Notes: generated by a model not told the origin, from the letters alone. Positions 1 through 9,591 are shown, counted from the stretch's first letter. The stretch is 64,000 nucleotides of DNA from Vulcanimicrobiota bacterium (GCA_963812155.1 CAWETW010000003.1:832001-896000), one strand, 5' to 3'. Program-made: numbers and translations.

Positions 1-1542
1 GATCTGCGGGTTGTCGCGCGCCAGCAGCTCCTGAATTTTGAAGTACGCTGCGGTGCGTGCGGGCCGGTCGTACTGCGTCAGTGCCGCGTTTTGCGCCGCC
101 TGCATGTCGGGATTGCAGTATCGTGAGTAGTTGTATCCTCCCGGCGGGACGTTTTGGCACAGATACTGCGAACTGTTGTCGGGATCGATGCCCGCGTACC
201 ATCCCGCTAGCGACAAGTCGAACTTCCCGAGTTGCAGGATGCCGCCCATGCCCGCCGGCGCGAACAGTTCGTCGCCCGGAAACGCCTTGATTTCGACGTG
301 GATGCCGGACTGAGCGAGCATCGCCTGCAGCTGTAGGCTGGCCTCTCGGCGCGTCGCGTTGGTCGTGTTCGTGACTAAGAGCAGGTCGAGCGGCTGACCG
401 TTCTTTTGCATGACGCCGTCGGAGCCGGGAGCCCAGCCGTCGGCGCGCAGCAGTTCGCGGGCTTTCGTCGGATCGTGCGGATACGAGTGCACCGTAGGGT
501 TGAACGCCCACATCCAGTCGGGAATGTCTTCCGTCGCCTGTTTCATGATGCCGTGCGTCAACGTCGAGACCAACTGCGGTTTGTCGAGCGAATAGGCGAT
601 CGCCTCGCGCACCGTGCGGTCGCCGAGGAGGGGGCGCGAAAGGTTGAGCTGCACCGACTCGTAGCCGTTGACGTTCACGTAGACGAGATTGACGTCGGGC
701 GCACCCACAAGCGCCGGGTACGTATTGGCCGACGCTTGAAAGATGTAATCGATCGCGTGCGTCTTGAGTTGATTCACCGATGTGTTCTCGTCGGGCACGA
801 TTTTGATGACGACGCGATCGAGCAGAGGTTTGCTCAAGAAGAAGCCGTCGTTGCGAGCGACAGTCACGTGATCGCCGCGCGACCACTGCACGAATTTGAA
901 GGGCCCGTCACTGACGGTCGGCGCGTTATTGAACGGAATCTGATTGAGGTTCGCGTACTTCGCGAGCACGTGCTCGGGCGCGACCGGAAACGGCTGATCG
1001 CTCATCGCGAAGAACGAGTTCACGAAGGGTGCGAACTTGGTTTTGAGATGGACGATCACCGTCGTGTCGTTGGGCGTATCGATCGACTTGATGTAATCGT
1101 AGCCGTGGCGCGAAACGATGTTGTTGTTGGGATTCATGATCGCTTGCCACGACCATTTGACGTCCTTGGAGGTAACGGGAACGCCGTCGGTCCATTTCGC
1201 GTCTTTGCGAAGGCGATACGTGATCGTCAAGCCGTCGCGGGATATTCCGCCGTTTTCGCGCGCCGGCACTTGGGTGGCCAGAACCGGCACCGGGTTGCCC
1301 TTGTCGTCGGCGGCGAGTAGCGGCTCGAACATCAGATAGTCGATGAACCCGTCGGTCGTGTTCGAGTTCAACAGCGGATTGAGATTCTTGACGTCGTTCT
1401 GAATGGCGACGCGCAGCACGCCGGCCTGGGTCCAGGAATGGCGCCCGCCGGCCGTCCCCGTCGAGACCTTGCTGCAGCCGGCGCCTGCGGCCAGCGCGGC
1501 AATCGCCGTAACGGCGGCGAGGCAGCGTGCGAGCGCGCGCAT
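1..1542 (-). CDS. Peptide/nickel ABC transporter substrate-binding lipoprotein (family 5), 3' end outside window
   Basis: Manual minus-strand translation from ATG at 1542: MRALARCLAAVTAIAALAAGAGC (lipobox)...HSWTQAGVLRVAIQNDVKNLNPLL; similar to the SBP at 36805. Confidence 0.85.
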   Translation of the reverse strand, partial: MRALARCLAAVTAIAALAAGAGCSKVSTGTAGGRHSWTQAGVLRVAIQNDVKNLNPLLNSNTTDGFIDYLMFEPLLAADDKGNPVPVLATQVPARENGGISRDGLTITYRLRKDAKWTDGVPVTSKDVKWSWQAIMNPNNNIVSRHGYDYIKSIDTPNDTTVIVHLKTKFAPFVNSFFAMSDQPFPVAPEHVLAKYANLNQIPFNNAPTVSDGPFKFVQWSRGDHVTVARNDGFFLSKPLLDRVVIKIVPDENTSVNQLKTHAIDYIFQASANTYPALVGAPDVNLVYVNVNGYESVQLNLSRPLLGDRTVREAIAYSLDKPQLVSTLTHGIMKQATEDIPDWMWAFNPTVHSYPHDPTKARELLRADGWAPGSDGVMQKNGQPLDLLLVTNTTNATRREASLQLQAMLAQSGIHVEIKAFPGDELFAPAGMGGILQLGKFDLSLAGWYAGIDPDNSSQYLCQNVPPGGYNYSRYCNPDMQAAQNAALTQYDRPARTAAYFKIQELLARDNPQI

Positions 1543-1548
1543 GACGCG

Positions 1549-3585
1549 CTATACCGCCGCTTTGGGTGCGACGCGATTACCGGGAACCGGATCGTAACGA
1601 TCGTGGCGCCACGAATAGGTTCCAAGTCCCTGCGTGGCCGTGCGCAGCTCGGTGATGTAGCGCGAGAGTTCGACCTGCGGCACGAAGGCTTCGACGATGT
1701 CGAAGCCCGGTCGATCGGCCGGATTCATGCCGAGAATCTGTCCGCGCTTTCCCGTGAGCTGTGCGATCGCCGTCGACGTGTATGCGGTCGGAACTTCGAC
1801 TCGCACGGCGACGATTGGCTCGAGCACGACCGGTTGGCACTTTGGAAGGGCCTCGCGCACACCCATGCCGGCCGCGGTCTTGAACGATTGTTCGCTCGAG
1901 TCCACATCGTGGTATTGACCGTCGAAGAGCGTCACGTGCAGATCGGTAATGGGGTGGCCGTTTGGCCCGTGGGCGAGCGCTTCGCGCACGCCTTTTTCCA
2001 CCGCCGGAATAAATTGCCGGGGTACGACGCCTCCGACGATCTTGTCTTCGAAGGTCACGCCGGCGCCGCGTTCGCGCGGTTCCAAACGCAGCCACACGTC
2101 GCCGAACTGGCCATGGCCGCCGGTTTGGTGTTTATACCGCGAGTGAATTTCGGTGCTCGCCGTAATCGTCTGCAAGTACGGAATCGTCGGCGGCGCGGTT
2201 TCGACTTCGACTTTGTATTTGCGCGAGAGCCGCTCGACCGCGATCGACACGTGCTGTTCGCCGCTTCCGAGCAACAGCAGTTCGTGCGTAACGTCGGCGC
2301 GCTGCAGGCGCAAGGCAGGGTCTTCGTCGACGATCCGTGCGAGCATCTGCGAAATCTTGGCTTCGTCGATTCGCTCCTTCGGTTTGACGGCAACGGCGAA
2401 GACCGGCTCGTCGACCGGAATGCGCGACAGCAGCACCTTGTGTCCGTTCGACGTCAGCGTATCGCCGGTAGCGACCGATTCCAGGCGCGCGAACGCGACG
2501 AGCGAACCGGGCCCCGCTTCCGCGATGGCTTCCTGTTTCTTGCCTTGCAATCGGTAAAGGCCGCCCAGCCGGACGCGTTCACCTTCGCGCGTAGCGTTGC
2601 CGAGCGTTGCGTCGGATTTGACCGTGCCCGAGAGAATACGCGCGATCGAAAGCTTACCGCTTTGCGGATGGATCGTCGTCTTGACGATCTGCGCGATCGC
2701 GGGACCGTTGGGATCGGGCGCGATTTCGCGCCCTTCGGCATCGGTTTTGGGTGCATCGGCCGGCGACGGGAACCACCTCCGCAACGCGCGCACCAATGCC
2801 GCGACGCCGGCCCCGGAGACGCCCGACGCGACCAGCACCGGCACGATCTGATCGTGCGCGCACTCAGTGCACAAATCTCGCTCGACCTCGTCGAGCGGCG
2901 GCTCGACGCCTTCGAGCAACTCCTCCATGAGGTGGTCGTCGAAGTCGGCCATCGCTTCGAGCAGTTCGCCGCGCGCCGTGCGCGCCGCATCCTCGAGTTC
3001 GGAAGGAATCGCATCGGCCGATTCGCCGTCGCCGTCGAAGCGACGGGCTTGCATTTCGGCCAAATCGACGTAGCCGCGGAACTGTTCGGCACTTCCGATC
3101 GGCAACTGTTCGGCGACGACGTGGCGTCCGTAGGCGCTTTGCAAGGCGGCAAGCGTCCCGGCGAAATCGGCCCCCGGCCGATCCATCTTATTGACGACGA
3201 ACAAGTGCGGCATTCGGCCGGCCTCGAGATAGTCGACGACGGCCTGCGTTTGCACGATCCGCCCGGGATCGGCTTCGACCACGATGACGGCGGCGTCGAC
3301 GCCGCAGAGCGCCGCTTTCGTCTCGCCGAAAAAATCGATGAAACCCGGACAGTCAACGATCGTGAAATCGACATCGTCGGAAGATGCGTGCGCGAAACCC
3401 ACGGTCGTCGATTGCACGTGCGCGACGTCTTCGGGCTCGTGATCGGTCACGGTCGTGCCGTCCGCGACCGAGCCGCGCCGTCCGATCGCGCCCATCTGCG
3501 CGAGCACCGCCTCTACCAGCGTGGTCTTGCCCGCGTGATGGGGACCGACGAAGGCAATATTACGTAAGCGGGCGATATCCGCCAT
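1549..3585 (-). CDS. fusA2: Elongation factor G-like protein (EF-G2 type)
   Basis: 678 aa; GPHHAGKTT P-loop, DCPG, NKMD, KHQTGGHGQFG and DGQYHDVDSS motifs. Confidence 0.9.
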   Translation of the reverse strand: MADIARLRNIAFVGPHHAGKTTLVEAVLAQMGAIGRRGSVADGTTVTDHEPEDVAHVQSTTVGFAHASSDDVDFTIVDCPGFIDFFGETKAALCGVDAAVIVVEADPGRIVQTQAVVDYLEAGRMPHLFVVNKMDRPGADFAGTLAALQSAYGRHVVAEQLPIGSAEQFRGYVDLAEMQARRFDGDGESADAIPSELEDAARTARGELLEAMADFDDHLMEELLEGVEPPLDEVERDLCTECAHDQIVPVLVASGVSGAGVAALVRALRRWFPSPADAPKTDAEGREIAPDPNGPAIAQIVKTTIHPQSGKLSIARILSGTVKSDATLGNATREGERVRLGGLYRLQGKKQEAIAEAGPGSLVAFARLESVATGDTLTSNGHKVLLSRIPVDEPVFAVAVKPKERIDEAKISQMLARIVDEDPALRLQRADVTHELLLLGSGEQHVSIAVERLSRKYKVEVETAPPTIPYLQTITASTEIHSRYKHQTGGHGQFGDVWLRLEPRERGAGVTFEDKIVGGVVPRQFIPAVEKGVREALAHGPNGHPITDLHVTLFDGQYHDVDSSEQSFKTAAGMGVREALPKCQPVVLEPIVAVRVEVPTAYTSTAIAQLTGKRGQILGMNPADRPGFDIVEAFVPQVELSRYITELRTATQGLGTYSWRHDRYDPVPGNRVAPKAAV

Positions 3586-3629
3586 CTCGTTCTCCTTTGT
3601 GAAAACGGGCGTCGCCTAGGAGCGAGCTC

Positions 3630-5216
3630 CTATCGGCGCTTCGGGGTAGGTTTCTTTCTCGCCGAAGGCTTGCGTGCGGCCTTCACGATTTTTGCGCTCT
3701 TTTTGGGCGCCGGCTTGGCCGGGCGCTTTTTCGCAGCGGGCTTCGCCGGCGCGCGCTTCGGCGCTGCGACTTTTTTCGCGGCCGGCTTTGCACGCGTCTG
3801 TTTCTTAGGTGCCGGCCGGGCGGGCGTTGCTTTCTTGGCTTTCGCGCGGACCGGCGCGGGCGCGGCTTTGACCGGCCGCCGAGGCTTGGCATCGGCCTTC
3901 GCGCTCTTGGGTGCGGGCTTCGCCGGCTTCGCGGGCGCCTTTGCCGGCTTTTTCTTCGCCTCGGCCGGCGCCGCGGCGCGCGCGGCTTTGGCTTTGCTGG
4001 ATGAGGTGGACGATTCCGTCGAACGCCGCGATCCCGTCTTTGCGGGAGCCGCGTCGGCGCGTTTTCCGGATCGCGCCGGTCCGCCGGTGCGTTTTGCGGC
4101 GGCGGCCTCGCGCGCGGCACGCGCGCTTTCACGGCGGGTCGGCGCGGGCTTGTCCGGCTGCTCGGGAAGCCCGAGTTCGGCGCGGCTCAATCCGGTGATG
4201 CTGCTGCCCGGCACGAACGTCTCGCGCGTGCGTTCCTGCGCTTCCAGATGCTCGCGCGTGGCGCGCAGTGCGACCCGCGCCAACCTCCCGCCGACCGGAA
4301 AGACGATTTCGTTGATCTTCGCGTCGTCGAGGAGCTTCAAGATGAGGTCGAACGCGTTGCCTTGATCCTTCGGACTGTGCGCGTCGGAGCCGACCGCGAT
4401 GCCGACGCCGAGCGCCTTGGCTTTGCGCGCCAGCCGGGCGTTCGCGTCGAGGTACTTCTTTTTCGCTTCGGCCGAGTTTTCGCGATAGAGAAAGCGCGTG
4501 TTGATTTCGACGGCGAGACCGCGCGCGTGACAGAGCGCGAGCAGGCGGTCTTCGTGCTCTTCGAGGCGCTTCTGCCCAGGCCAGCGCCCGAGATGGACCG
4601 GCGCGTAGAAGTGGCCGACGATGTGGGCCGGAAGCTTCTCCAAGTCGTCGAGCAACTTGGCCATGTAGAGTTCCCAGAGTTTGTCGGGCTCGATCGTTTC
4701 GTGAAGATGCGCGAACTCGGCGTTGTCGAACGCCCACGCCCAGTCCGCGCCCTTCTCGGGATGATCGATGGTTACGAAGTTCACCGAGCGGATCAGGCCG
4801 TCGGGCCGCATCGCTTCGACGATGTTTTGGGCGTCGGGACGCGCGCGCGGATCGTTGTCGACCTCGGCTCCTATCGAGAAGCGCATGCCGTGGCGCAATG
4901 CTTCGGAGACGGCCGAGGCGTGTGCGCCGTCGACGCCGGCCGTTTCGGCGGCGCCGAACACGTCGCCCGCGTGAGCGAGTTTGAGCGCCCGCCGCAGGGT
5001 GTTGACGGCGCCCGGATCTTCAAACGTGAGATAGTTGATGTGGTCGGCGACCATCAAAAAGCGTGGCGAGCTGCGCCGGCACGCGTGGTAGAACCATAGA
5101 AAAAGCATCCGCGCAGAATACGCGAGCGGACGTTCCTCGGCAAACGGCCGGTGCTCCCCTTTCGCGTGGCCGTGAACGTCGGGGATGGCCGAAACGCGCG
5201 GGTCGCTCAGGGACAC
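3630..5216 (-). CDS. PHP-domain phosphoesterase (HisJ-like) with Lys/Ala/Pro-rich C-terminal tail
   Basis: DVHGH, ADH, GAEVD, GHF, EINT and GSDAH PHP motifs; last ~180 aa are low-complexity (AKPAKK...). Confidence 0.8.
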   Translation of the reverse strand: MSLSDPRVSAIPDVHGHAKGEHRPFAEERPLAYSARMLFLWFYHACRRSSPRFLMVADHINYLTFEDPGAVNTLRRALKLAHAGDVFGAAETAGVDGAHASAVSEALRHGMRFSIGAEVDNDPRARPDAQNIVEAMRPDGLIRSVNFVTIDHPEKGADWAWAFDNAEFAHLHETIEPDKLWELYMAKLLDDLEKLPAHIVGHFYAPVHLGRWPGQKRLEEHEDRLLALCHARGLAVEINTRFLYRENSAEAKKKYLDANARLARKAKALGVGIAVGSDAHSPKDQGNAFDLILKLLDDAKINEIVFPVGGRLARVALRATREHLEAQERTRETFVPGSSITGLSRAELGLPEQPDKPAPTRRESARAAREAAAAKRTGGPARSGKRADAAPAKTGSRRSTESSTSSSKAKAARAAAPAEAKKKPAKAPAKPAKPAPKSAKADAKPRRPVKAAPAPVRAKAKKATPARPAPKKQTRAKPAAKKVAAPKRAPAKPAAKKRPAKPAPKKSAKIVKAARKPSARKKPTPKRR

Positions 5217-5286
5217 CCGCCTTTGTACGTCGCGCAGGAATGCATGAGGATCGCCACGCCGCTAAGGTTGGCGCATCCGGGGGACG

Positions 5287-6019
5287 TTACCCTCTGTAGC
5301 CTTCCATTTTGAGTAAGCGCGCCTTCATGTCGAGACCGTAGAAGTAGTTGTGCAGCGCGCCGCTCGAGTCGACGACGCGATGGCACGGAAAGAGCAGCGG
5401 AAGCGGATTGCGCGCCATGACCCTTCCGACGGCGCGGGCGGCGCGTGGATGCCCGATCTGCGCGGCCACCCAGGCGTAGGAACGCACCTCGCCCGGCGGA
5501 ATCTGCGCGGTCGCGCGCAAGGCGGCTTGCTCGAACGGCGTGAGATCGCTGATGTCGACCATCGCGTCCTCGACGGTCCACGTGCGGAAGAACCGCTCGA
5601 GCGTGTCTCGCAGCCAAGCGGGTGTTTCGCCGCCGGACGACCGGACGCCGCAAGCGCCGCTCGACCCGCTCGCGCACCGTTTCGAGCGACTCGCCCGTAT
5701 CGATGCCGATATATGCGATCCGGTGTTCTTTGAATCCGACGTAGACCCGGCCGATCGGCGTTTCCGCGGCGCATAAGAGGACGGGCGTCCGCTGGCGCAT
5801 GCGCAGGGATGCGAGATGCTCGACGACCTTCTTGGCGAGATCGCACGACGGCTCCGGACGCGGCAACGAGGAGAGGCAGTACGCGACGCCTTCGAACTCG
5901 TGATAGAGTCCTTGACAGGACGGACACGCGCGCAAATGGGTGTGCACGGTTTCTTTGAGCGACGCCGTCGTGGCGTCACGAATTTCGTCCCACATGGCTT
6001 CGACGTCACGACAGCGCAT
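5287..6019 (-). CDS. Zinc-binding anti-sigma domain fused to O6-alkylguanine-DNA alkyltransferase (one frameshift near 5634)
   Basis: N-terminal frame MRC...HLRACPSC (HxxxCxxC) then TPIGRV; C-terminal frame has SYAWVA, RAVG and NPLPLLFPCHRVV; removing one base joins them as VVRGETPAW. Confidence 0.8.
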
Positions 6020-6677
6020 GCACGGGCCCTCCTTCGTTGGTGAATCGTCCGATTTGGGGACCGAGAATGCGCCGAAGAATCCGCACGGCGCGATGCACGT
6101 GAGACTTGACGGTCCCGATCGGCTGATGGAGAATCTCGGCGATCTCCGGGTGGCTTCGCCCTTCGATGAAGCGTAGCGTGGCGGCCGCGCGCAGGTGCAT
6201 GGGCAGCTGCATGAGCGCCTGTTCGACCAGCGCGACCTCGGCGTTGCGTTCCACGATCGCTTCGGGCTGCGGCGGCGCTTCGTTGGATTCGCGCAGCAAC
6301 GCGTCGGGATCGGCCAGCGCGTCGAGCGCGACGCTCGCCGGCCGCTTGCTGCGTAACCGGTTGCGCGTGACGTTCAAGGTGATCGTATAGAGCCACGGCT
6401 GAAGGCGCAGCTCGTCGCGTTGCTCCTGCGACATCTTTCCGAGCGCGCGATACGCGCGCACGAACGCGTCTTGGACGATCTCCTCGGCATCTTCGCGGTT
6501 GCCGGTCATGCGCAGCGCGAAACCGTACAGGCGCCGCTGATAGTCGTCGACGATTCCTTCGAACCCGTCGACGCCCGAAGCGGAGCCCGTCGGCAGCCGG
6601 ACGGTTGCGGCCTTTCCTTTCGGAACCGCTGATGGCACGTGAACTCCCCGTAGCAGCGGTGCCGCAAGTGCACTCAT
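6006..6677 (-). CDS. ECF-family RNA polymerase sigma factor
   Basis: Region 2 DAEEIVQDAF and WLYTITLN; region 4 SHPEIAEILHQPIGTVKSHVHRA. Confidence 0.92.
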   Translation of the reverse strand: MSALAAPLLRGVHVPSAVPKGKAATVRLPTGSASGVDGFEGIVDDYQRRLYGFALRMTGNREDAEEIVQDAFVRAYRALGKMSQEQRDELRLQPWLYTITLNVTRNRLRSKRPASVALDALADPDALLRESNEAPPQPEAIVERNAEVALVEQALMQLPMHLRAAATLRFIEGRSHPEIAEILHQPIGTVKSHVHRAVRILRRILGPQIGRFTNEGGPVHALS

Positions 6678-6821
6678 ACAGTGACTCGGACCACTGCCGC
6701 CTGCCGCCAGGTTTCACGCGAGGACGGAAAAATCCTGAGCAGCGTAAAACATCGTGCGCGGGGGCGAGGCCGGGGTGGAGGGGCCCGACTCCTGAGGCAG
6801 ACTCCTAGAGGAGGACCGTTC

Positions 6822-7214
6822 ATGGGACTGCCGATCGAACCGACGGAAATCTCGTTCGACGCCTATACGATGTGCAGTTTTCTCCCCAATCTCGACTCCG
6901 CGCGCGCCATACCCCTCGTTCTCATCGGGTACCGTCAGAACGAGGACCCATGGTTCGTGTGGCTGGTGCCTGACGGCGGCGGCTTCAACGATGGGCTAAC
7001 CGACGATCCGTACTATGCGAAAGTGCTGCGCGATCCTCGCGCCTACTTTCGCAAAAAGCTCGCCAAATACGTCGAAGAAACCGGCTGCGTCAAGCGCGGC
7101 ATCGAAATGCTCGTCGACTGCCATCAGAATCACCTCGCGTTTACGCCGCTTACCGAGCTAAGCGAAACGCCGTTCCGCCACCCGCTGCACGTGGAGTTGG
7201 TGGAAGCGTTTTAG
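6822..7214 (+). CDS. Hypothetical protein (~130 aa)
   Basis: GAGGAGG RBS upstream of ATG at 6822 (MGLPIEPTEISF...); protein-like composition. Confidence 0.7.
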   Translation: MGLPIEPTEISFDAYTMCSFLPNLDSARAIPLVLIGYRQNEDPWFVWLVPDGGGFNDGLTDDPYYAKVLRDPRAYFRKKLAKYVEETGCVKRGIEMLVDCHQNHLAFTPLTELSETPFRHPLHVELVEAF

Positions 7215-7992
7215 GCCCTTTCGGGGTCGGCGGGCTCGGTCGCGGCGGCATGGGCGTGCCCGGCCGTCCGGTCGCGCGGATGTAACGGCGATAAACGATG
7301 CGCACGGGGAGGGTTTCTTTTCCGTCGTGGAGCTGCGCGACGATCGTAAGCGTCGCGTCGAGCGCGAGCAGGACGGCGTCGCCCATCGAATAGTAGGCCG
7401 TGCCGTCCATCCGCATGTGTCCGGACATCGTCGCGTCGGCGCGCGCCGGCATCGGCGCCGTCATCGGACCCTCGGCTTCGAAGCGTACGGCCACGGCCGT
7501 GCGGCCGTCGACGGCGCCGCCGGTCGCCGGGCGCAGATATCCGCGCAACACCGATTGGCCTCCCAGGGGCGACGTTGCCGAGAACGGGACCTGGCCGTGC
7601 AGATTCCGCAAATCGCGAATCGTCGCGCCGTCGAGCTGCACCGCGAACGGCTGGTTGAGGATCGTGAGAAAGTCGGGATCGTCGTCGAGATCGTCGACGA
7701 ACGATCCGTCGGACCGCAACTCTTGCACGAAACGTGCGTCGCCGTGCGAGCTGCCGTCTGCATCGCTGCGCGCGTAGTGCGCTTGGGCGTCGTAGCGCAG
7801 GTGGCCGTCGAGCCGGTCGACGGTCAAGCGTTGTGCGCCGACGTACTCGACGCGCGACACGACGCCGGCCGTGCCGACGTGGTACACGTCTTCGCCACGC
7901 ACGTCGTATTGCTGATCGGCGCGCGCGGGCAACGCCGCCGCCGCCAGCGCGGCGGCCAGAAGGCCCGCGATCGCTCTCGAAAACACCCGCAT
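7150..7992 (-). CDS. Secreted hypothetical protein
   Basis: Signal peptide MRVFSRAIAGLLAAALAAAALPARA followed by a beta-strand-rich body; 3' end overlaps the convergent gene. Confidence 0.65.
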   Translation of the reverse strand: MRVFSRAIAGLLAAALAAAALPARADQQYDVRGEDVYHVGTAGVVSRVEYVGAQRLTVDRLDGHLRYDAQAHYARSDADGSSHGDARFVQELRSDGSFVDDLDDDPDFLTILNQPFAVQLDGATIRDLRNLHGQVPFSATSPLGGQSVLRGYLRPATGGAVDGRTAVAVRFEAEGPMTAPMPARADATMSGHMRMDGTAYYSMGDAVLLALDATLTIVAQLHDGKETLPVRIVYRRYIRATGRPGTPMPPRPSPPTPKGPKTLPPTPRAAGGGTAFRLAR

Positions 7993-8003
7993 ACCGCTCC
8001 GGC

Positions 8004-8327
8004 TTAGCGAAGCGTTCCGGCGTGCCGCCGCCGGCCGATGTAGAAACGGACGTTGGCGGTGCCGCCGCATACGACCACCGCATCGGCGTCGGCAAAACGC
8101 CGCCCGTCGATGTCGACGGTGAAATCGCCCGCAGCCAAACCTGCGAGCGTGCGGCGAATGCTGCGTAAACACTTTTCGTGCGGAGCACGCACACCGATAA
8201 CTTCGCGTACCGCCAATGCGATCAGTTCGCGCACGCGCAACGGCGTTGCGAGCGCGAAGGCGCCGCAGGCGTCGGCCGCGACGGCGTGGAGATCGAGCGG
8301 AACCCGAACGCGAATCACGAGGGACAT
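8004..8327 (-). CDS. Hypothetical protein
   Basis: MSLVIRVRVPLDL...; fills the gap between neighbours; no family recognised. Confidence 0.5.
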   Translation of the reverse strand: MSLVIRVRVPLDLHAVAADACGAFALATPLRVRELIALAVREVIGVRAPHEKCLRSIRRTLAGLAAGDFTVDIDGRRFADADAVVVCGGTANVRFYIGRRRHAGTLR

Positions 8328-8377
8328 TTTCTGCTGCTTCGAGGAGCTGCCTGCCGATTGGGATAACCGTATGCGAC

Positions 8378-8776
8378 GTGTCCCTTTTTGGGAATGTGCC
8401 GGCCGACGTGCTGGTAGGCACGGTCGAGAAGGTCGTCGCCAAGATGGACGAGACCGAGCTCGCCGCCGTGTACTCGCGCGATCTCGGGGCATTGCCGGCC
8501 GATGCCTTCAGCGCCTTCGTCGAAGCGATGTTCGACGCGTTCCGCGAACGGGGCGAATCCTCTGAAGACGCCGTCGAAGGCGCGGGGACGACGCTCGAAA
8601 GCGTTTCGCGCCGTGACGACGGCGCCGTCGGCGCGTTGCTCGAGTACGCTCGCAGCAACCCGGGACTCTTGAAGGAAGCGACCACCCTGTTCGTCGAGCA
8701 GCGGCCGGATCTCGTCGCAACGCTGCCGCAGGTCCTGTACGGAGCGATTGCCGAGCGCTTGTCCGCGGCCACGTGA
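8378..8776 (+). CDS. Hypothetical acidic helical protein
   Basis: GTG start (MSLFGNVPADVLVG...); GTGA overlap with the next gene. Confidence 0.65.
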   Translation: MSLFGNVPADVLVGTVEKVVAKMDETELAAVYSRDLGALPADAFSAFVEAMFDAFRERGESSEDAVEGAGTTLESVSRRDDGAVGALLEYARSNPGLLKEATTLFVEQRPDLVATLPQVLYGAIAERLSAAT

Positions 8777-9591
8777 GCGATTCGCCGCGGCGCCGCCGCA
8801 GCGACGACGACACCGGCGGCGGGTTGCCGCTCTTCCCCCTCATCGTCATCGTGATCTTCGCCGGATTGCTGCTGGGCGGCGTGCTCGCGCATTTCTTCGG
8901 CGGTTCGGGGGGCACGAACGGCAGCACGGTCGCCATCGCAACCGCGTCGCCGACACCGCTCGCTATGCGGCCGGCGCTTGCCACACCGCGGAAATTAGGC
9001 ATTACGCTGCGCAGCGCGTCGCCGTCACCGACCCCGCCGGCATCCGCGAAAGCATCACCCACGCCGTCCGCATCCGCGAAAGCATCGCCCACGCCGTCGG
9101 CGTCCGCGAAAGCATCGCCCACGCCGTCCCCGTCCCCGAGTCCGTCAGCGTCGCGAAAAGCATCGCCGACTCCGTCGCCGGCTGCGACGCGCGTTGCCGT
9201 TAAGTCGCCGGCGCCAAAAACGCCGGCGCCGGTGAAAACCGCAACGGTCGCAACGCCTGCCTCGGGACGCGCGGCGGCGGTGACGCCCGCACCGAACTAC
9301 GTGGCGCCGGGCACGAACGAAGCGGCCGGCATCGTTCGATCGTATCTAGGCGCGCTCGCGCGCGGCGACCGCGCAACCGCAACGTCGTATCTGGCGAGCG
9401 GCCTCCCCGGTGAAACCTTCATGAGCCCGGAGTCGCGCATCGTGTCGGTCCACTCGGTTCAAACGACGCGTTCGCAATATCGCGTCACGGCCGACGTGCG
9501 GGCATCAACGGGCGAGTATTACGTGACCTTCACGCTCGAGCCCGGAAGCGGCGGCCTGCAGATCGTCGACCACTACTCGATCCGGATGTAA
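8773..9591 (+). CDS. Single-pass membrane protein with Pro/Ser/Thr linker and C-terminal extracellular domain
   Basis: TM segment LPLFPLIVIVIFAGLLLGG; ASAKASPTPS repeats. Confidence 0.75.
   Translation: MSDSPRRRRSDDDTGGGLPLFPLIVIVIFAGLLLGGVLAHFFGGSGGTNGSTVAIATASPTPLAMRPALATPRKLGITLRSASPSPTPPASAKASPTPSASAKASPTPSASAKASPTPSPSPSPSASRKASPTPSPAATRVAVKSPAPKTPAPVKTATVATPASGRAAAVTPAPNYVAPGTNEAAGIVRSYLGALARGDRATATSYLASGLPGETFMSPESRIVSVHSVQTTRSQYRVTADVRASTGEYYVTFTLEPGSGGLQIVDHYSIRM
9041..9130 (+). repeat. Three 30-bp tandem coding repeats (ASAKASPTPS)
   Basis: catccgcgaaagcatc(a/g)cccacgccgtc.. x3. Confidence 0.9.

Noticed and set aside
1438..3567. 709-aa plus-strand ORF, and similar long antisense ORFs (406..1320, 9628..11244)
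   Set aside because: Shadow ORFs opposite clearly recognisable genes; expected at high GC and lacking motifs
6680..6720. Possible autoregulatory ECF promoter (minus-strand TGAAAC...GTC)
   Set aside because: Spacing and -10 element are not convincing without knowing the ECF group
9041..9130. 30-bp direct repeats (also 30677-30780) as possible CRISPR arrays
   Set aside because: Head-to-tail with no spacers, in frame within Pro/Ser linkers, and no cas genes
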